Positions 58,447-64,000 of a stretch of DNA of 64,000 nt are shown piece after piece. The notes under the pieces are model-generated. The model was not told where the DNA came from. It saw only the letters and a program-made list of their open reading frames with translations, and did not search any database. The position numbers and the translations under genes are program-made. Numbering within the stretch: the stretch's first letter is position 1; the number at the start of each line of letters is the position of its first letter. The stretch comes from Candidatus Aminicenantales bacterium (GTDB lineage: Bacteria; Acidobacteriota; Aminicenantia; Aminicenantales; Saccharicenantaceae), in the NCBI GenBank assembly GCA_049512315.1, contig JBEKXF010000004.1, positions 1-64,000 on the forward strand, given 5' to 3'.

Positions 58447-59172
58447 ATGAAGGACTCCCTGAAGGCCGTTGACCTCGAGAAAAGCTTCGGGATCAAGAAG
58501 GTCGTCGACAAGGTCACGATCGAGGTCGGGCGGGGGGAGATCGTCGGGCTCCTAGGCCCGAATGGGGCGGGGAAAACAACCACGTTCTCCATGATCCTGG
58601 GCTTGGTCCCCCAGGACGGCGGCCGGGTTTTCCTGCGGGGCGAGGACATCACGGACCTGCCGATGTACCTGCGGGCCCGCAAGGGGCTCTGCCTGCTCCC
58701 CCAGGAACCATCCTCGTTCCGGAAGCTCACGGTGGAGGATAACCTCCTGGCCGTCCTCGAAATGAGGCCCGGCGCCGAGACTTCGAAAAACGCCCGCCTG
58801 GCTGAAACACTGGCGGACTACGGGCTCACGAAGCTGGCCCGGTCCCGGGCCCTGACGCTCTCGGGAGGGGAGCGACGCCGGCTCGAGATCGCCCGGGCGA
58901 TGATCATCGACCCTGATTTCGTTCTCCTCGACGAGCCGTTCACGGGCATCGATCCCCTGGCGGTCCTCGACCTCCAGAAAATCATCCGGGACCTCCGCGA
59001 GCGCGGGGTCGGCGTCTTGCTGACCGACCACGCCGTCCGGGAGACGCTGAAGATCACGGACCGGACCTACATCCTCGGAGGCGGCAGGGTCCTCATGGAG
59101 GGCACGCCCCCGGAGATCGTGGCCTCGGAGGACGTCCGGAAGAGCTATTTGGGAGATGACTTTCGTCTTTAA
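58447..59172 (+). CDS. lptB: LPS export ABC transporter ATPase LptB
   Basis: GLLGPNGAGKTTTF, LPQEPSSFRKLTV, LSGGERRRLEIAR, LDEPFTGIDP and TDH.VRETL. Confidence 0.96.
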   Translation: MKDSLKAVDLEKSFGIKKVVDKVTIEVGRGEIVGLLGPNGAGKTTTFSMILGLVPQDGGRVFLRGEDITDLPMYLRARKGLCLLPQEPSSFRKLTVEDNLLAVLEMRPGAETSKNARLAETLADYGLTKLARSRALTLSGGERRRLEIARAMIIDPDFVLLDEPFTGIDPLAVLDLQKIIRDLRERGVGVLLTDHAVRETLKITDRTYILGGGRVLMEGTPPEIVASEDVRKSYLGDDFRL

Positions 59173-59206
59173 TGATGGGCGATGATGAAGGGATGAGGCG
59201 GGAACG

Positions 59207-60691
59207 ATGACACTCCGGCAAAGACTCGACCAGCGCCAGGTCCAGAAGCTGATCTTGGCCCCGGCGCTTCAGCAGGCCATCAAGCTCCTGCCCCTGACCA
59301 ACCTGGAGCTCATCGAGGTCATCGACGCCGAGCTCGCCCAGAACCCCATGATCGAGATCGAGGGCGAATCTGTGGACCGCGAGGCCCCGGAGCCCGGCCA
59401 GCCGGCCGAGGAACGCGATGCCGAGAAACCCCGCGACGAGACTCCGGCCGAGCTCAAGCTTCCGGCCAAGGACCCGGACTTCGAGCCCGCCGCCGGCGGC
59501 GAGTTCGACCCGAGCTTCCAGGAATACCTCGACGACGGGTTCCGTCCCCATTTCTACGAAAATCAGGAGGCCGTCTCCCTCGAAAACACGCTGTCCCGCA
59601 GCCCCTCTCTCTGGGATCACCTGGAATGGCAGGCCTCGCTCACGTTCTTCGAGAAAGAGGACCTCGAGCTCGCCCGGTTCATCATCGGGAACATCAATGA
59701 GGACGGGTACCTGGGATCCCCCGTCGAGGAGCTCGCCAACCTCTACCCGACGACTCCCGAGAAAATCCATGCCATCCGGGAGAAGATCAAGACCTTCGAC
59801 CCCGTCGGAACGGGGAGCTTGAACGTTAGCGAGGCCTGGCTGGCCCAGATGGACTCTCTCCAGATTCATGACGACATCGCCCGGGCCATCGTCATGCACC
59901 ATCTCCCCCTCCTGGAGAAGTCTGATTACGTCCAGCTTTCCAGAGCCCTCGGAATCCCGATGTCCGCGATCAAGGAGCACGTCGACCTGATCAAGGGCCT
60001 CGACCCGAAGCCGGGCCGGAAATACAGCGAGGAGAAAACGACGTATGCCGTCCCGGACATCAACGTCGCCAAGGAGGGCGACGAATGGAAAATCACCCTC
60101 AACAACGAAGGAGTTCCCAGACTCCGGATCAGCCCGTATTACCGGCGGCTCCTGGCCCAGGCGTCCCACGACCAGCCCGAGGCCTACCGGTTCCTGGTGG
60201 ACAAGATGAAGAAGGCCGTGTGGTTCATCCGCAGCCTGGACCAGAGGGACCGGACCATCTACAAGGTCGCCCAATATATCGTCAACAAACAGAAAGGATT
60301 TTTCGACAAGGGGCTCGACGACATCAAGCCCCTGACCCTGATGGAGATCGCCCAGGACATCGGCGTGCACGAATCCACGGTCGGACGCGTCGTGGCCAAT
60401 AAATATATCCTGACCCCTCAGGGCGTTTATAAGCTGAAGTTCTTCTTCCATAAGTCCTTGCCGGGGAGCTACGGCGAGGAGGTCTCCTCGCTCAGGATCA
60501 AGGAAAAGATCAAGAAGCTTGTCGAGGGGGAGGACCCGATGAACCCCCTGAGCGATATCGAGATCGGCGACCTCCTGGCGAAGGAGAACCTGAAGATCGC
60601 CCGGAGGACGGTGGCCAAGTACCGGATGCAGCTCAAGATCGAGCCGTCGCACATCCGGAAGAGAAAGTCCATCATGGAGGAGCGGGCATGA
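59207..60691 (+). CDS. rpoN: RNA polymerase sigma-54 factor
   Basis: LQQAIKLL region I, HESTVGR and the RpoN box ARRTVAKYR. Confidence 0.97.
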   Translation: MTLRQRLDQRQVQKLILAPALQQAIKLLPLTNLELIEVIDAELAQNPMIEIEGESVDREAPEPGQPAEERDAEKPRDETPAELKLPAKDPDFEPAAGGEFDPSFQEYLDDGFRPHFYENQEAVSLENTLSRSPSLWDHLEWQASLTFFEKEDLELARFIIGNINEDGYLGSPVEELANLYPTTPEKIHAIREKIKTFDPVGTGSLNVSEAWLAQMDSLQIHDDIARAIVMHHLPLLEKSDYVQLSRALGIPMSAIKEHVDLIKGLDPKPGRKYSEEKTTYAVPDINVAKEGDEWKITLNNEGVPRLRISPYYRRLLAQASHDQPEAYRFLVDKMKKAVWFIRSLDQRDRTIYKVAQYIVNKQKGFFDKGLDDIKPLTLMEIAQDIGVHESTVGRVVANKYILTPQGVYKLKFFFHKSLPGSYGEEVSSLRIKEKIKKLVEGEDPMNPLSDIEIGDLLAKENLKIARRTVAKYRMQLKIEPSHIRKRKSIMEERA

Positions 60692-61212
60692 ACGTCCATT
60701 TCACCGCGCGGCAGGCCGTCCTGACGCCCGAGATCCGAGATTACTGCGAAAAGCGCCTGAGCCGCCTGAAGGGCCTGAGCGGGGACATCCTGGATGTGAA
60801 CATCATCCTGGGGGTCCAGAAGATCCGGAGAAGGGCCGAGATCCATGTCAAGGCCAAGGGGACGAGCCTGGTTGTTACGGAAGAGACGCGGGACATGATG
60901 AGCTCCCTCAACCAGGCTTTCGACAACCTGGAAAAAAAGATCAAGAAGGAACGCGAAAAGTGGCGGGAGCGGAAGCGTCGGGGCGGTCGAGAGAGGAAGG
61001 AGCTCGTCCCGCTCACCGAGGCTGCCGAGCCCGAGAAGCGGGTCATCCGGAGTCCGAATTTTTCGGCCAAACCCCTGTCGCTCGAAGAAGCCATGGCCCA
61101 GCTCGAGTTCAAGAACAGGGAAGTGTTCGTTTTCCGTCGCGAAGGCTCGGAGAACTGGGCCGTCCTCTACCGGCGGAAAGACGGAAACTACGGGCTTGTG
61201 GAGCCGGAATGA
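60688..61212 (+). CDS. hpf: Long ribosome hibernation promoting factor (HPF/RaiA)
   Basis: S30AE domain plus C-terminal KPLSLEEAMAQL...VLYRRKDGNYGLVEP. Confidence 0.93.
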   Translation: MNVHFTARQAVLTPEIRDYCEKRLSRLKGLSGDILDVNIILGVQKIRRRAEIHVKAKGTSLVVTEETRDMMSSLNQAFDNLEKKIKKEREKWRERKRRGGRERKELVPLTEAAEPEKRVIRSPNFSAKPLSLEEAMAQLEFKNREVFVFRREGSENWAVLYRRKDGNYGLVEPE

Positions 61213-61228
61213 CCGGAGAGAGGCGGAC

Positions 61229-61699
61229 GTGAAGCTCCATTCTCTCCTCGACGAGGACCTGGTCCTGGCCCCTCTCAAGGGCCGGAGCCGGGACGACGTC
61301 CTCACGGAAATGGTGGAGTGTCTCCGTCACCGGACCGGGGCCGCCTCCGGCGAGGATCTCCTCGGAAAGCTCCTTGAAAGGGAAGGGCTGGGCACGACGG
61401 CCATCGGCGGGGGCGTCGCCATCCCGCATTGCAAGGTCGGCGGGCTCAAGGCACCCGTCCTCGCCCTCGGGCTCTCGCGGGAAGGCGTCGCTTTCGATTC
61501 CGTCGACGGCAAGGACGCCCACGTCATCTTCCTGGTTGTCTCCCCCCTCGAGCACCCGAACACGAACCTCCGCCTCCTGGCCTCGATCGCCAAGCTCATC
61601 CGCAAATCGGGGACCCTGTCGATGAAACTCCTCAAGGCCCCGACCGCCAGGGAGGCCATCCGGGTTCTGCGTGAGGAAGAGGAAAGGGCCCATGGCTGA
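61229..61699 (+). CDS. ptsN: PTS EIIA (Ntr/Fru family)
   Basis: LLEREGLGTTAIGGGVAIPH and FDSVDG. Confidence 0.9.
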   Translation: MKLHSLLDEDLVLAPLKGRSRDDVLTEMVECLRHRTGAASGEDLLGKLLEREGLGTTAIGGGVAIPHCKVGGLKAPVLALGLSREGVAFDSVDGKDAHVIFLVVSPLEHPNTNLRLLASIAKLIRKSGTLSMKLLKAPTAREAIRVLREEEERAHG

Positions 61700-62255
61700 G
61701 AGAAAAGCCCGCCCGTCCCGGGGCGGGAGGGCCGAACAGACGACCATCTCCGCCGGCTTCCTTAAGATTTTCGGGGTGGGGACCCTCATCCTCGGCGACA
61801 GCGGAATCGGCAAGAGCGAGAGCGCCCTGGAGCTCATCGCCCGGGGCCACAAGTTCATCTCCGACGACGTCGTCAGGATCCGGAAGGACGCGGACGGGAC
61901 CCTGCGCGGCACGGCCCCGCCCCTGAGCCGGGATTTCATGGAGATCCGGGGGCTCGGGATCATCAACATCCGCGAGATCTTCGGGCCCAAGTCCGTGGTC
62001 CGCAGCGCGGGGATCGACCTGATCATCAGGCTGAAGAAATGGCGGAAAGGCTTCGAGGTCGATCGCCTGGGCCTCAAGGTCGCCGATGACGAGTCCATCC
62101 TGGGCGAAAAGGTCCCCCAGCTCGCGATCCCGGTGGCTCCGGGGCGGAACATGGCCACTTTGATCGAAGTGGCCTGCAAGGTCCACCTCCTCCGGAAGCG
62201 GGGATACCACGCGCCGGCCGAGATCATCAAGCGGCTGAACAGGGTCCTCGGTTGA
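61692..62255 (+). CDS. hprK: HPr(Ser) kinase/phosphorylase, C-terminal catalytic domain only
   Basis: GDSGIGKSESALEL, SDD, MEIRGLGIINI.EIFG and IPVAPGRNMA.LIEVA; 187 aa. Confidence 0.88.
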   Translation: MAERKARPSRGGRAEQTTISAGFLKIFGVGTLILGDSGIGKSESALELIARGHKFISDDVVRIRKDADGTLRGTAPPLSRDFMEIRGLGIINIREIFGPKSVVRSAGIDLIIRLKKWRKGFEVDRLGLKVADDESILGEKVPQLAIPVAPGRNMATLIEVACKVHLLRKRGYHAPAEIIKRLNRVLG

Positions 62256-62263
62256 GGGACAGC

Positions 62264-63133
62264 ATGAAGAATTCCTTGAAGGACAACCGGTTCCTGATCA
62301 TCACTGGGCTCTCCGGATCGGGGAAGACCGTCGTCAGCCGCTTCCTGGAGGACATGGGGTACTACTGCGTCGACAACCTCCCGGCCAAGCTCATCCCGGA
62401 GTTCGTCGATCTCTGGCTGAAGAAAAAGGTCGAGATCGACCGGGTGGCCCTGGTCATGGACATCCGGGAGCCGAGGTTCGTGACCGAGTTCCCGAGAGTT
62501 CTCCGGGAGATCCGGAAAAGCGCCCCGGCCAAGCTCGTGTTCCTCGACGCCTCCGACGAGTGCCTCGTCAAGAGGTTCAGCGAGACCCGGCGGCCCCACC
62601 CGCTGACCCGGAGGAAGCCCATCCTGGAGGGCGTCCGCATGGAGCGGAAGCGGCTCCTGGACATCAAGAAGATGGCCGACGAAGTCGTCGACACATCGAA
62701 CCTGACCCTCTCCCAGCTCAAGGAGGCGGTCAGTCAGAAGGTCTTGAAGTCCCGGACGCTCCGGATGCAGACCGTCATCATCAGCTTCGGCTACAAATAC
62801 GGGATCCCCCTGGATTCCGACCTCGTCTTCGATACCCGATTCCTGCCCAATCCGTTCTATGTGGACCGGCTTCGGGACAGGAACGGAAAGACCCGGAGCG
62901 TCCGGGACTTCGTCCTCGGCTCGCCGGGGGCCCGGGCCTTCATCCGGGAGCTCGTCCGCTTCACGGACTTCTTGATCCCCCGCTTCGTCAAGGAGGGGAA
63001 GAGCACGCTGACCGTGTCGATTGGCTGCACGGGCGGCAAGCACAGGTCCGTCGTGATCGCCGAGGAGCTCCGGACGCACTTGAGGAGAACGGGCGGGGAC
63101 ATCAAGATTTATCACCGGGACCTTTATAAATAG
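62264..63133 (+). CDS. rapZ: RNase adapter RapZ
   Basis: TGLSGSGKT, YCVDNLP, ETRRPHPL, SFGYKYG, RFLPNPF and GCTGGKHRSV. Confidence 0.96.
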   Translation: MKNSLKDNRFLIITGLSGSGKTVVSRFLEDMGYYCVDNLPAKLIPEFVDLWLKKKVEIDRVALVMDIREPRFVTEFPRVLREIRKSAPAKLVFLDASDECLVKRFSETRRPHPLTRRKPILEGVRMERKRLLDIKKMADEVVDTSNLTLSQLKEAVSQKVLKSRTLRMQTVIISFGYKYGIPLDSDLVFDTRFLPNPFYVDRLRDRNGKTRSVRDFVLGSPGARAFIRELVRFTDFLIPRFVKEGKSTLTVSIGCTGGKHRSVVIAEELRTHLRRTGGDIKIYHRDLYK

Positions 63134-63227
63134 GCGCCCTTTTTATACAATAAGGGCTTGAGCGCGGCCCCGAAGCGCCGGCCGGCGGAAAGGCGAAGAC
63201 GAAAAGCGAGAGCAGGATTCGACGACT

Positions 63228-63635
63228 ATGATCGGCGGCATCATTGTTTGTCACGGCAAGATCGCCGAGGAGCTCCTCAACGCCCTCACGAGTATCCTCG
63301 GCGAGGCCCCCAACATCGAGGCCATCTCCATCGGCTGGTATGACGATGTCGAGGACTCGAAAAAGAAGATCAGCCAGAGCCTCAAGCGGGTGGACCAGAA
63401 GAACGGAGTCGTCATCTTCACCGACATGTTCGGCGGGACCCCGTCCAACCTGAGCTTCGGCTTCCTCAAGGAGAACCAGGTGGAGATCATCACCGGAGTC
63501 AATCTCCCCATGCTCATCAAATTCGTCTCCCTCCAGAGGAGCAACGCCCTCAAGGAGGTCGCCAAGAAGGTCGTCGACCAGGGCAAGAAGAACATCCATC
63601 TGGTCAGCGCCCTGCTGAGCTCCCGCGCGAAATAG
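63228..63635 (+). CDS. PTS EIIA (mannose family)
   Basis: IIVCHG, TDMFGGTPSN and ITGVNLPML. Confidence 0.92.
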   Translation: MIGGIIVCHGKIAEELLNALTSILGEAPNIEAISIGWYDDVEDSKKKISQSLKRVDQKNGVVIFTDMFGGTPSNLSFGFLKENQVEIITGVNLPMLIKFVSLQRSNALKEVAKKVVDQGKKNIHLVSALLSSRAK

Positions 63636-63641
63636 CCGCTG

Positions 63642-63911
63642 ATGCTCGAGAAGAAGATCACGATCAAGAACAAGCTGGGCCTCCACGCCCGGGCGGCGGT
63701 CAAATTCGTCAACCTGGCCAACCGGTTCAGCTCGGCCGTAAAGATCATCAAGGACGGAAACGAGATTGACGGCAAGAGCATCCTGGGTATCCTCACCCTG
63801 GCGGCCACCCAGGGGTCCCAGATCGCCCTGACCGTTTCCGGCAAGGACGAGGCGGCGGCCCTCGAGGCCCTGACAGAGCTCATCAACAACCGGTTCGACG
63901 AGAAAGAATAG
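63642..63911 (+). CDS. ptsH: Phosphocarrier HPr
   Basis: LGLHARAA (His15) and DGKSILG (Ser46). Confidence 0.95.
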   Translation: MLEKKITIKNKLGLHARAAVKFVNLANRFSSAVKIIKDGNEIDGKSILGILTLAATQGSQIALTVSGKDEAAALEALTELINNRFDEKE

Positions 63912-63917
63912 ACGGGC

Positions 63918-64000
63918 ATGGACATCATCAGACTGAAGGGCATCGGCGTTTCGCCGGGGATCGCCATGGGCGAGGTCCTGGTCCCCAAACAGGTCGTCTT
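63918..64000 (+). CDS. ptsI: PTS enzyme I, 5' end (runs off the window)
   Basis: MDIIRLKGIGVSPGIAMG directly after ptsH. Confidence 0.8.
   Translation, partial: MDIIRLKGIGVSPGIAMGEVLVPKQVV

Overview
High-GC bacterial chromosome. The lineage is most likely Candidatus Aminicenantes/Acidobacteriota; this is inferred from protein style and not verified. There are three zones. (1) 1-9.5 kb is an accessory hotspot with no integrase. It holds the end of an IS3 element, an IS91-like remnant and small cargo genes, mostly secreted or lipoprotein enzymes (dienelactone hydrolase, a GH-like protein, three NTF2/SnoaL proteins, an S9 peptidase, SPOR-NlpC/P60). The cargo genes are separated by tRNA 3' fragments (Arg-UCU x2, Asp-GUC, a degenerate Arg-CCG) carrying repeated GAGCACAA arm-like boxes, and by duplicated 3' ends of two protein genes (an RRM protein and a TPR/kinase tail). 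This resembles a tandem cassette-accretion array and is the best candidate for an undescribed system. (2) 9.8-26.7 kb is a type IV pilus locus: pilB-pilT-pilC-pilS-pilR and a sigma54-driven pilin with a GspG-like domain. A putative surface or pilin modification cluster follows (prenyltransferase-repeat protein, Tat DUF362 protein, YfhO-like protein, three GT-C-like membrane proteins). (3) 26.8-64 kb is mostly housekeeping: plsC, gmhA, an AUR1-like PAP2, AspC fused to a PEPCK/HPrK-like domain, flotillin, rph, comEC, an M20 amidohydrolase, a B12/iron ABC transporter, leuS-lptE-holA, rpsT, murJ, dtd, ribD-ribE-ribBA, ftsY, recJ, lptC/A-lptB-rpoN-hpf-ptsN-hprK-rapZ-EIIA-ptsH-ptsI. All calls come from motif recognition by eye; no searches were run.
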